DNA of 64,000 nucleotides from an uncultured Gammaproteobacteria bacterium. Lineage in GTDB: Bacteria; Patescibacteriota; Patescibacteriia; UBA9934; CAMTUG01. The position numbers and the translations under genes are program-made. The stretch spans positions 3,128 through 67,127 of the forward strand of contig CAZPQJ010000007.1 of NCBI GenBank assembly GCA_964588955.1. Reading direction: 5' to 3'. The first letter of the stretch is position 1. The number at the start of each line of letters is the position of its first letter. The notes under the pieces are model-generated. The model did not search any database, was not told the origin of the DNA, and saw nothing but the letters and a program-made list of their open reading frames with translations. This document shows positions 10,001 through 19,097 of the stretch, one piece after another.

Positions 10001-10519
10001 CTATTTTATATGCACGAGCGCCATGATTAACGCGTCTTTGCAAAAGTGCACACGATCAATGCGCCCTTCGGTCAAAATGCCAATCACTCCGCCAGCGGTG
10101 CCAATTTTTGGATGATCGGTGTAGCCAGCCACGCGGGCGGCGGTAGACATATCCATTCCTTGTTCAACAATCAGTTGACGCATATCCGCCGGCAGAGAAA
10201 ATCCAGGAGAAAACCCAATTGACAATTTCTCTCCGTCGTATACAGCACACACATCAAACTTCATCACGCAATCATCCATCACCGGCATGGTGATCGTTCC
10301 ACCCTCAATCCCTATGGAGTAATCGCAATCCTGAAACGCCGCTTTGGCGCGATTGATCGCCCCCGTCACGGTGCGCTCGAGCGTGTCCGGTTCCTCACCA
10401 ACGCCGGAATCCACCTCCACACCGATCACTTCAGCATCGGCAAACTTGGGATACAGCGCCAGCACCTCGCGAGTGGATTGCAACTTGCAGGCGTTTTGGG
10501 AACCAAGAACAACGCGCAT
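10001..10519 (-). CDS. yjjX: Inosine/xanthosine triphosphatase (YjjX family)
   Basis: GSQNACK, VDSGV, GAINRA, GIEGG and GVIGILTEGRIDR motifs. Confidence 0.85.
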   Translation of the reverse strand: MRVVLGSQNACKLQSTREVLALYPKFADAEVIGVEVDSGVGEEPDTLERTVTGAINRAKAAFQDCDYSIGIEGGTITMPVMDDCVMKFDVCAVYDGEKLSIGFSPGFSLPADMRQLIVEQGMDMSTAARVAGYTDHPKIGTAGGVIGILTEGRIDRVHFCKDALIMALVHIK

Positions 10520-10520
10520 A

Positions 10521-10991
10521 TTAAGCGACAGGATGTTCACGACGCCATTTAACAATGTCTATTGCCGCCAGCGCCGCTTCGTAGCCTTTATTAAATTCAT
10601 TATCTCCCGACCGTGCCTCCACTTGCGCCATGGTCGTGACCGGCAAAACTTCGATCAGGATCGGCAGGTCATGGTCATGCATTACACGAACAAACCCTTG
10701 CTCGATCATGTTTAAAATCAATTCAAAATGAAAGGTCTCCCCTTTCATAATCACCCCGAAACAAACAATCGCCTCGTACTGCTTGGTCTTGGCCAACCGA
10801 TCCGCAGCCAAGGGAAGTTCGAGCGCACCCGGCAATACATGCACCTCCGACTCCGCTCCTGCCGCAGCAAGCAATTCGGCACACTTCTTGACCATCAAAT
10901 CTGTATGCTCGCGGTGCCACTTGGACTGCAGCAAAGCAATCTTAGCCCCCTCAATTTTCGGCAAGTTAGACGTATCGTAGGCGTGTTGCAT
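10521..10991 (-). CDS. ribH: 6,7-dimethyl-8-ribityllumazine synthase
   Basis: PGALELP, G.IMKGETFHFE and NKGYEAALAA motifs. Confidence 0.88.
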   Translation of the reverse strand: MQHAYDTSNLPKIEGAKIALLQSKWHREHTDLMVKKCAELLAAAGAESEVHVLPGALELPLAADRLAKTKQYEAIVCFGVIMKGETFHFELILNMIEQGFVRVMHDHDLPILIEVLPVTTMAQVEARSGDNEFNKGYEAALAAIDIVKWRREHPVA

Positions 10992-11053
10992 AGGTTGGAA
11001 ACATTACGGGCGGGATCAAACGACCCCGCCCATTATCTTAACCTATCTTGGAT

Positions 11054-14000
11054 TTAACTGCATCCGCTGGTGCTGCCGCAGTTGAGGCATTTGTAGCAAG
11101 CGGCGTTACGGACCATGATCGAGCCACAGGTTTCACAGGCTGGGGCATCGGATTGATTATCGAAGGTGGAGGTATGGGAAACCGGAAGGGGTGAAGTGGC
11201 TGAGTGACTAGTGGTTAGGGGCTGGTCGGAAGAAGCACTCGTCGAAGCGATCGGTTCAGCGAAAATGTTCGCCTGTGCCTGTTTGACTTCCACCTTGGCA
11301 CTGGCGTCTTCGGCAGCAGCAGAGGATTGGGCGCTCGGGGCTTCGCTTGGGGCGATCACCGCGTTGACTCCCACCGTCATCTGCTCGTCTGGGGTCATAA
11401 ACTTCAAGGCCATCCAACGGAAAATGTAATCGACGATCGACTTGGCGATACGGATATGTTCGTTGTTGGTGTAACCACTCGGTTCGAAACGCATGTGCAC
11501 AAACTTGTTGACCAACACTTGCAATGGCACGCCATACTGCAACCCGATCGATACGCTCGTAGCAAACGCATCCATGAGCCCCGAAACAACCGTGCCTTCT
11601 TTGGCCATGGTGATGAACATCTCTCCAGGCTTACCATCATCGTACAATCCTACGGTGATGTAACCTTCATGAGAACCGATAGCGAATTTGTGGGTCATGG
11701 CGCGGCGCTCGTCTGGCAAGCGGCGGCGGCGTGGTTTATTGTCGACCTCGACTTCTTTGGTGGCGACGGTCGTAACTTTTGCTTTTTGATCTTTATCCAA
11801 GCTGGTGGTGAGCGGCTGCTGACGCTTCGATCCGTCACGGTAAATGGCGATCGCTTTTAATCCAAGACGGGCACCTTCCATATAAGCATCGATCACGTCT
11901 TGCACCGTGGATTCCTGCGGCATGTTGACCGTTTTGGAGATGGCTCCCGAAACAAACGGCTGCACCGCGGCCATCATGCGCACGTGGCCCATGTAGTGAA
12001 TCGAGCGCGTACCGTTTTTGGCTTTAAAGGCGCAGTCAAAAATCGGCAAATCTTTTTCTTGCAAATGAGGTGCGCCTTCCACGGTATCTTTTTCATCAAT
12101 GTATTTTAAGATGTCGTCAACCTGTTCTTTGGAGTATCCCAAACGCGTCAACGCTTCAGGCACCGTTTGGTTAACGATCTTAATCATTCCCCCACCGACC
12201 AACCACTTGTACTTCACGAGCGCGATGTCGGGTTCAATGCCGGTCGTGTCGCAGTCCATTAAGAACGAGATCGTTCCTGTTGGCGCAATCACCGAAATCT
12301 GCGCGTTGCGTACGCCAAACTGATCGCCATGGGAAACCATCTGCTCCCAAGCCTGACGGTGAGAAATCTGTAAGTCCTGTGGCACTCCAACATCGGACAC
12401 CTTGTAGGAAGCGTCGCGATGCATGCGCATCACTTCCATGCACGGCTCTGCGTTCACCTTGTAGCCATTGAACGGACCGATCTTCTCAGCAATCAACGCC
12501 GACTGATCGTAGCAGACACCGGAAAGCAACGAGGTAATGGCGGCAGCAAAGTTACGCGCCTCTTCAGAGTCGTAAGCCAAGCCACGACTCATGAGCAACG
12601 CACCAAGGTTAGCGTAGCCAATGCCGAGTGGCCGGAAATCATGCGAGTTCTGTTCGATCGCTGGTGTTGGGTAGCTGGAGTTGCCGACAGCAATTTCCAT
12701 GGCCGTAATCACCACGCGCGCCGCGGCAGAAAACGATTCCACATCAAATTCCTGTTTGTCGCCCATCTGCTTGCGGAAGCGCATCAAGTTGAGCGAAGAC
12801 AAGTTACAGGCCGTGTCGTTCAAGAACATGTATTCGCTACACGGATTGCTGGCGTGAATACGATCGGTATTTTTGCAGGTGTGCCATTTGTTAATGGTAG
12901 TGTCGTACTGCATACCCGGATCACCGGAATGCCAAGCCGACTCGCCAATCATCTGCATCAAATCGCGCGCTTTGTAACTGACGGACGGCTTGCCCGTGGT
13001 TACTTCTTTGGTTTGCCAATCGCCGCCGTTCTCTACCGCGCGAATAAACTCATCCGGTACACGCACCGAGTTGTTGGCGTTTTGAAAAAAGATAGAGGAG
13101 TAGGCAGCCCCATCAATAGAACCATCATAGCCGGCATCAATCAACGCCCACGCTTTTTTCTCTTCTTCCACTTTACATTTAATGAAGTCTTCAATGTCTG
13201 GGTGCTCAATGTTCAAAATAACCATTTTAGCGGCGCGGCGGGTTTTGCCTCCACTCTTAATGACTCCAGCAAAGGCGTCGAGTCCTTTCATAAAACTGAT
13301 CGGGCCAGACGATCGACCATTGCTGCCACCCAAGAATTCTTTGCTCGAGCGCAGCGGCGACAAGTTAATGCCGGAACCAGAACCATTCTTGAAAATCATC
13401 CCTTCGGTGGTACACAAGTGCAAAATGGAACGCATGTCGTCTTGCACCGAGTTGATGAAGCACGCGGAACATTGCGGGTGCGGGTTGATGCCCACGTTGA
13501 ACCACACCGGCGAGTTAAAGGCCGCCATTTGATTGACCAAAATGTGGGTCAGTTCGTGCTCAAAGATCTCCGCGTCTTCCGCCGTTTGGAAATAACCGTC
13601 TTTGCGTCCCCAGTCGGCCATGGTCACGGCCACGCGGGAAATAAGTTGTTTAACCGAGGTCTCACGATCAGCCTGTCCGACTTTGCCGCGGAAATATTTT
13701 TGCACCACAATGTTGGTGGCGGTCTGCGACCAAAAGTCCGGCACTTCTACGTTGGTTTGTTCAAAAACAGTGGCTCCTTTTTCATTGGTAATCTTGGCCG
13801 TACGCATCTGCCAGTTAATCAAATCATACGGATGTTTGCCGGGAGTAGTGAAATAGCGTTTAACCGTAATCCCATGCCCGTAACGCGGGGTGTGGTTATC
13901 ATCGCGTTTCTCTAAACGCCCCATGGCGTACTTCTTGCTGACGTGCGCCAAGTTCAAATCAATCAAGGTCAAGTTAACCACCTCGCGGACGTCGCCTGTA

Positions 14001-14269
14001 GAAGGCGTGGTGTGTCCATCAAACACGCGTACCAAGCGCCCGACGACTTGGTCGACAATGCGCTCGTACAATCCATCGTCTTTCATCCCTGCCTCGCTGA
14101 GCGCCGCGGCGATCGACTTGGCAAGTTTGGCGCGGTCGAAACTCTCTTCAGCGCCACTGCGTTTTTTCACCGACTTCAACGACGTCACATATTGCCACAC
14201 CGCCTCGCCCACTCCCTCGGTTGTTCCAGTCGCGGTTTGAGTAGATGGGGACGGAGAGAAGGTGGACAT
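11054..14269 (-). CDS. nrdJ: Class II adenosylcobalamin-dependent ribonucleotide reductase with N-terminal ATP cone
   Basis: ATP cone (KKRSGAEESFD), FNSPVWFN, SACFI, SNPCSEY, APTGTIS, C-terminal TSCPD-type and Zn-ribbon region; no intein apparent. Confidence 0.95.
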   Translation of the reverse strand: MSTFSPSPSTQTATGTTEGVGEAVWQYVTSLKSVKKRSGAEESFDRAKLAKSIAAALSEAGMKDDGLYERIVDQVVGRLVRVFDGHTTPSTGDVREVVNLTLIDLNLAHVSKKYAMGRLEKRDDNHTPRYGHGITVKRYFTTPGKHPYDLINWQMRTAKITNEKGATVFEQTNVEVPDFWSQTATNIVVQKYFRGKVGQADRETSVKQLISRVAVTMADWGRKDGYFQTAEDAEIFEHELTHILVNQMAAFNSPVWFNVGINPHPQCSACFINSVQDDMRSILHLCTTEGMIFKNGSGSGINLSPLRSSKEFLGGSNGRSSGPISFMKGLDAFAGVIKSGGKTRRAAKMVILNIEHPDIEDFIKCKVEEEKKAWALIDAGYDGSIDGAAYSSIFFQNANNSVRVPDEFIRAVENGGDWQTKEVTTGKPSVSYKARDLMQMIGESAWHSGDPGMQYDTTINKWHTCKNTDRIHASNPCSEYMFLNDTACNLSSLNLMRFRKQMGDKQEFDVESFSAAARVVITAMEIAVGNSSYPTPAIEQNSHDFRPLGIGYANLGALLMSRGLAYDSEEARNFAAAITSLLSGVCYDQSALIAEKIGPFNGYKVNAEPCMEVMRMHRDASYKVSDVGVPQDLQISHRQAWEQMVSHGDQFGVRNAQISVIAPTGTISFLMDCDTTGIEPDIALVKYKWLVGGGMIKIVNQTVPEALTRLGYSKEQVDDILKYIDEKDTVEGAPHLQEKDLPIFDCAFKAKNGTRSIHYMGHVRMMAAVQPFVSGAISKTVNMPQESTVQDVIDAYMEGARLGLKAIAIYRDGSKRQQPLTTSLDKDQKAKVTTVATKEVEVDNKPRRRRLPDERRAMTHKFAIGSHEGYITVGLYDDGKPGEMFITMAKEGTVVSGLMDAFATSVSIGLQYGVPLQVLVNKFVHMRFEPSGYTNNEHIRIAKSIVDYIFRWMALKFMTPDEQMTVGVNAVIAPSEAPSAQSSAAAEDASAKVEVKQAQANIFAEPIASTSASSDQPLTTSHSATSPLPVSHTSTFDNQSDAPACETCGSIMVRNAACYKCLNCGSTSGCS

Positions 14270-14362
14270 AGGCGTGGGCGTTAACGTGTTGATTTAATCC
14301 TTTAAGAGATGAAAAGAATGACGGGCTTTCGCAAGCACCAATCATTCTTTGACTCCTCTTCG

Positions 14363-14411
14363 CCACAACATCTTGTGGCAACAAAGGAGAGTATAACACA
14401 ATAGGTTGTGG
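14363..14411. promoter_or_regulatory. Tandem NrdR boxes overlapping the nrdJ promoter
   Basis: CCACAACATCTTGTGG (14363-14378) and ACACAATAGGTTGTGG (14396-14411), 33 bp apart, flanking an extended -10 TGtTATACT on the minus strand. Confidence 0.8.
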
Positions 14412-14428
14412 TAGAGCAAAGGGCGGGG

Positions 14429-14437
14429 TTATCCACA
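14429..14437 (+). promoter_or_regulatory. Consensus DnaA box upstream of nrdJ
   Basis: Exact TTATCCACA next to the NrdR boxes. Confidence 0.55.
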
Positions 14438-14481
14438 GAAAATCCCTCTCAAGCTCCCCTTTTCGGCAAGAAACGGATCGG

Positions 14482-15060
14482 TTAAAACCCCATCGTCAAA
14501 TTGATCGACGGCTGTTCCACGGCCTTTTCTTGAAAATCCACCGGCACTTCATGCAGAACTCCGAGACGGTCGTAATAGCGGATGATTCCGTATTTCTTCC
14601 CAAATTCATAGACCTCTTTTGTCACCTTCACGTCCATTTCACAATACTCTTTAATTTTGCCAATCTCTCCTTGTTTCCACCATTCCACCGCCTGCAGACC
14701 ATGGCCGCTTTTGCCATAGCCAAGGGTAGCCTGGGCAACATCGTCGAGCTTAACTCGAAATCCCAAAGATTTAGCGATCACTTCGAGCAGATCGAGCGAA
14801 GGAAAGGTCTGAAAATCGCCCGCGTAATAAACATTCATCACGTTATAATCGAACCCTTTGGTGTTATAGCCAATAATCCTCCCCGAGGTCTCCAACCGCT
14901 TCCACAACTTCGGCAAATCTGCCTCTTCGTAAGAGACGTACTCATCGGTTTCGTAGAAATAACAGCTGACCACGGAAATCTTTAATAACGAATGGTCGTA
15001 GGCTCCGACCTCCTGAAAGGTGTTTTGGGTTTCAATATCTAAGACGACTTCATTGGACAT
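14482..15060 (-). CDS. RNase H-like (YprB/DEDD-type) exonuclease domain protein
   Basis: VLDIET, IGYN..FD, KLDDVA..TLG and YCEMDV motifs. Confidence 0.8.
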   Translation of the reverse strand: MSNEVVLDIETQNTFQEVGAYDHSLLKISVVSCYFYETDEYVSYEEADLPKLWKRLETSGRIIGYNTKGFDYNVMNVYYAGDFQTFPSLDLLEVIAKSLGFRVKLDDVAQATLGYGKSGHGLQAVEWWKQGEIGKIKEYCEMDVKVTKEVYEFGKKYGIIRYYDRLGVLHEVPVDFQEKAVEQPSINLTMGF

Positions 15061-15070
15061 AGCCGGATGA

Positions 15071-15622
15071 TTATAACACATCTTCGGGGTGGTAGGCTTT
15101 GAGCCACCCATCCTCGGCAAACGGGATCCAGTCGGTAAAAGGAAAATCCCGAGCAACAACCCGGCACCCCTTAGGAAGTTCGGTTAGGAGCTTGGGTTTA
15201 AGCCGTTCGATCATCGCTGGCAATAAAAAAAGTGTCACTACGTCTGCCGGAGGCAAGGAAACAAAAAAGAGATTTCCTGAACGCACGTCGACACGATCGG
15301 CCACACCAGCCAAGCGTGCTCGGACGCGAGTCACGATGCGCAAGAAGGGATTAATCTCATAGCCGATGGATTGCATTCCAAACTCCTTGGCCGCGACAAT
15401 CAACACCGATCCCGTACCACTACCCAAATCAACAAGCGTCTCCCCTGCTTTGCCATCCGCCAAGCGAATCATTCTACGCACAATTGATTTCGGTGTTCCC
15501 ACATACGGCGCACCCCACAAGACTCCTAAACCAAAAGAGGCGATGATGAGCGAAATCAACGCCAATAAGCCAGCAACAATAAGCAGTAGAGTAATCACGA
15601 TCGACGACATAATTTCAGGCAT
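15071..15622 (-). CDS. Membrane-anchored SAM-dependent methyltransferase
   Basis: GAPYVGT, VDLGSGTG and GYEINP motifs after an N-terminal TM helix. Confidence 0.8.
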   Translation of the reverse strand: MPEIMSSIVITLLLIVAGLLALISLIIASFGLGVLWGAPYVGTPKSIVRRMIRLADGKAGETLVDLGSGTGSVLIVAAKEFGMQSIGYEINPFLRIVTRVRARLAGVADRVDVRSGNLFFVSLPPADVVTLFLLPAMIERLKPKLLTELPKGCRVVARDFPFTDWIPFAEDGWLKAYHPEDVL

Positions 15623-15640
15623 ACGTTCACTCAGGCTCTC

Positions 15641-15830
15641 CGAAGCGGACGGGGTAGACGTTGCTCCGCAGAGCAGAACAGCCGACCAACGGTTCGAGCG
15701 ACGGACAGAAAACCGCACAAACGATTAAACAAACACAGGCCTTGTAGGTCTGTGTTGTTCTGAGCTCGAACCGTTGGGTTGTTTCTTTAGGCCTTCTGCT
15801 CAAGGACAACGTCTGCCCCGGACGCGAAGG
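15641..15830 (+). repeat. Family-A long hairpin element, copy 1
   Basis: Nested inverted repeats ggggtagacgttg/caacgtctgcccc, gagcagaa/ttctgctc, ccaacggttcgagc/gctcgaaccgttgg. Confidence 0.85.
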
Positions 15831-15875
15831 TGAGCCACGGGGTAGTCAGCAGCTCGCCATGTTGATGGGTTCGCT

Positions 15876-16379
15876 CTATTCGTACCAATGCTCGCAGTAA
15901 GGCGTCTCCGCAATACAATAGTGCTCCCACTTTTTGTTGGGATATTTCTTTAGCAAGTTGCGGGCGATCCAGCGATCGACGGAATAACGTCCAGCTCCGC
16001 TGAAAAATAACATCGCCGCCATGGAAAAAATCAAAATCTCTAAGCGCACGTCACCCGAAAAACCAATAGGAATCCGCTCGGAAAAAATAGAGCTAGCCAT
16101 TTCTACCAACAACATAAATCCCGACAACCGTGTCAAAAATCCGGGAATAATTAACGCTCCACCCAACAACTCCACAAAAGAAAATGCGAGCAAAATAATA
16201 AAAGCAACGGGTCCGGGTAAAATTTCTAAGAACGTGCCAGGATGCACCCGCATCATGAACAAACGACTAGCCCCGTGCAGTAAGAGCAACGTGCCAAGAG
16301 TAATGCGTGCCGGCAGCATCCCCCACATTGGCCGGGTGACAAAAATCGACAAAAGAAAATTCTCTTTTTTGATGGTCAT
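15876..16379 (-). CDS. DoxX family membrane protein
   Basis: R..LG..LL.HG, VELLGG...G..TR and GAGRYSVD motifs. Confidence 0.85.
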   Translation of the reverse strand: MTIKKENFLLSIFVTRPMWGMLPARITLGTLLLLHGASRLFMMRVHPGTFLEILPGPVAFIILLAFSFVELLGGALIIPGFLTRLSGFMLLVEMASSIFSERIPIGFSGDVRLEILIFSMAAMLFFSGAGRYSVDRWIARNLLKKYPNKKWEHYCIAETPYCEHWYE

Positions 16380-16394
16380 AAACGGATCAACGGA

Positions 16395-17396
16395 TTAATC
16401 CCCTGTCGTTAAACGTACGCCTGCCTGCCACAATCCATCTTGACCATGTTCCCGCATCCAATACCAATATTCAACCCCCCAAAAATCCACCTCATCAAAT
16501 CCAGCCTGTTTGGCAAACGCCACATTAGCGGAAAGTTCCGTTGGCGTAAACTGGGAAGCGAGCTCTTCCGGTGTCTGTTCCTCAATTCCCTTGGTAAACC
16601 ACGGTTCCGCCTGCAGTTCCGAGACAATCACCTTATCCGTAAACGGGCGCACAGCCAAGGTTTTTGCGGCATAGTACTCGGGGCCCAGGGGATAGACCGA
16701 ATATCCGACTACATCATTCCAGGTAACACGATACATACTCACGCCCAATACATTGGCCGGGATAGCCGTGTCTAGCCAAAATTCATTCTCGCCGCTCGTG
16801 GTGAGTTGGATGGGCTTGTTGGAAAGGCGTTTCACAAGCGCGACTTCCTGATCAAACAATTCCGCGTCGGGAGTTGGACATTCACCAAAACTATAAAACG
16901 GTTCATTCTCTACTTGATAACGTTCAACAACTTCTTGATCGTCATAACGCCGGACGATATTTTCTAGCTCATCCAACAAACTTTGACGAGCTTCCGCGCG
17001 TGACATTTTTTCCGCCCAATCAGGAATATAACACTCGGGCCACCGGGGCACTTTGCGACCAATAGCCAATGTTACACGCACGTCACGCTTCGCGGCTTCG
17101 GCAAGCATCCAATCCAGATCATCAAAATGATAAACATGTTCTTCCGGCTCAAGCTCACTCCAATACACAGGCAAACGGACACGTTTAATCTGCAGCTCAT
17201 CCAGCATTGCCGTATACACCTCGCGCCAGCGCAATCCTAAATTTTCAGCGTAGACCGTGGAAAATGTTGCTCCGTAACTCACGGTGAGCGCATGCTGTTT
17301 TGTCCGCGCTCCCAGCACGGCCAAGACAGCGACAACCACCGCGAACAGAAAAAAGACTGCGCCCTCGGCCAACTTTTTGTGATGAATCCTCCTCAT
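16395..17396 (-). CDS. TIM-barrel glycoside hydrolase (GH42/GH5-like), membrane anchored
   Basis: VRLPVYWS, QVENEP acid/base and SELQAEP nucleophile motifs. Confidence 0.75.
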   Translation of the reverse strand: MRRIHHKKLAEGAVFFLFAVVVAVLAVLGARTKQHALTVSYGATFSTVYAENLGLRWREVYTAMLDELQIKRVRLPVYWSELEPEEHVYHFDDLDWMLAEAAKRDVRVTLAIGRKVPRWPECYIPDWAEKMSRAEARQSLLDELENIVRRYDDQEVVERYQVENEPFYSFGECPTPDAELFDQEVALVKRLSNKPIQLTTSGENEFWLDTAIPANVLGVSMYRVTWNDVVGYSVYPLGPEYYAAKTLAVRPFTDKVIVSELQAEPWFTKGIEEQTPEELASQFTPTELSANVAFAKQAGFDEVDFWGVEYWYWMREHGQDGLWQAGVRLTTGD

Positions 17397-17412
17397 ACAA
17401 CACGTTTACACA

Positions 17413-19050
17413 CTAAACCTCTTCTCGTTTTTCTCGCACAAACGTCAACCAGCTTTCAATCACTTCAATCGCCATTTTAAATGGTGCCTCAATAATAAAA
17501 TCCATAAAGAAAAGAAAAACGTTGATACGCGGGGTACGCAAAGAAATCCAACGACCAGCACGAACAATGGGAAGGGTGAACACGTCGATGATCGCGCCGA
17601 AAATTCCTCGCTTCACCGTTGGTAAAACAACTTCTTTGCTAGATTGGCGGATGCGGATACCAAAGAACGTCACTAACGATAAGAACAACAAGAAAATAGC
17701 CATGGAAACCGCGTTAAAGCCAAACGTAATCAGAAGCACGCCAATAGCACCGTATGTTACCAGGAACGAGGCCGCATAAAGAACGGCAAAAATAACCGCC
17801 AATGACCCTTGATTCCACGGGCGTTTGACCTTGAAAATCAATTTCAATTCACCGGAACGATACACAATCGCTCGCACACCACGCTGGATGTCTTTGACGT
17901 GCTTCATGTTGACCTTGGTGGTAAGCGCAATGGCCGCCAATAAAAACGGCGGAAAAATAACGTTTACTCCCAAAGGGAAAAGCGAGGTTGTGTGGGAAAC
18001 GAGTAAATCGTATGGCAATTCTATCACCAGCGCCAAAAGCATCTTTGTAAAGAACAGAAAAAGAATGGCGCGAAACACCCGGTTGCGCTGACGAGAAACA
18101 AAGGTGCTAATGCGTGTACTTGCGGCTTTTTTCACCGCTTCATCAAGAAGTGCCGGATTAGCAGCTAACCCCAAAAAGGCATCAGGCTCTTTACCCGCTA
18201 CATCAAATAGCACATTAAACAACACTGCATAGCGCCCCACCTGGCGCGTTAGCTGCTCGCTAATAGGGTGCTTCACCTGATCATCGATCGTTTGCATGGT
18301 GGCGTCAAAATCCGCACAAATAAGCCGTGCCTCCTGTTCGGCATCGGCTCCACCCTTTTTCCAGCCCGGGTGATACAACGCAAACACGCGCGAACGCAAA
18401 CGCGCAATATCCGCTTTCAACAACGTGCGGTACACCGCTAAATACAACTGCAATTCCCGCTGGTCTTCCGGCAAACTCCCCTTTTGCCATTCCAGGTGCT
18501 CGCTAATAATACGAAAAGCAAACGACGCGAGAGCGTCTTCACGACTTGGCGGCATGAGCTTGCCTTCCACGTCGTTGGCCATAATGTCGAGGAGCCAATT
18601 GAACGCCCCTGCCGGATCTCGCGATTCGGCCGCGCTGCGCATGAGCTCGTTATATCGCGTCAGAATCTCGGCAATTTCATCAACGACAATAAGCGGTAAA
18701 GTGCTGTTAGGCAAGTACCGCGCCCAGATTAATTCGGTCAACAAATCCTGAGCTAACGCCTGCGCATCGATGTCTACCCCCACCCGGCGCTTAAGTACCC
18801 GACGAATAGCATTACGACGAAGCAAATGTTCTTCTTCGTATTCCAATACGTTGCGCAATTTTTCGTACATGGAAGCCGCCGTGCTAACGGTTTCCGAAAC
18901 ATGGATCGTTTCGTCACCGGGGTGGGCACGCACCGTTTCATCCAAATGAAAAATCGACGGGAGCTGACGGATCCGTTCATCCATTGGTCCGGACGGAGCC
19001 TCCCCGTGTCCTCCGCCGTGTCCTCCGCCGTGCCCTTCATCATGCGACAT
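17413..19050 (-). CDS. Hypothetical membrane protein
   Basis: 545-aa ORF with a soluble N-terminal domain and several C-terminal TM helices; -10 box 9 nt upstream. Confidence 0.75.
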   Translation of the reverse strand: MSHDEGHGGGHGGGHGEAPSGPMDERIRQLPSIFHLDETVRAHPGDETIHVSETVSTAASMYEKLRNVLEYEEEHLLRRNAIRRVLKRRVGVDIDAQALAQDLLTELIWARYLPNSTLPLIVVDEIAEILTRYNELMRSAAESRDPAGAFNWLLDIMANDVEGKLMPPSREDALASFAFRIISEHLEWQKGSLPEDQRELQLYLAVYRTLLKADIARLRSRVFALYHPGWKKGGADAEQEARLICADFDATMQTIDDQVKHPISEQLTRQVGRYAVLFNVLFDVAGKEPDAFLGLAANPALLDEAVKKAASTRISTFVSRQRNRVFRAILFLFFTKMLLALVIELPYDLLVSHTTSLFPLGVNVIFPPFLLAAIALTTKVNMKHVKDIQRGVRAIVYRSGELKLIFKVKRPWNQGSLAVIFAVLYAASFLVTYGAIGVLLITFGFNAVSMAIFLLFLSLVTFFGIRIRQSSKEVVLPTVKRGIFGAIIDVFTLPIVRAGRWISLRTPRINVFLFFMDFIIEAPFKMAIEVIESWLTFVREKREEV

Positions 19051-19097
19051 AGTGGATAGAGTTTAGCAAAAAATGCTGCAACTGATAAGAGCGCGAC

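Noticed and set aside
14270-14480. Cobalamin riboswitch upstream of the nrdJ/btuR cluster
   Set aside because: No B12-box or conserved core is recognisable; the region is explained by the promoter, NrdR boxes and DnaA box.
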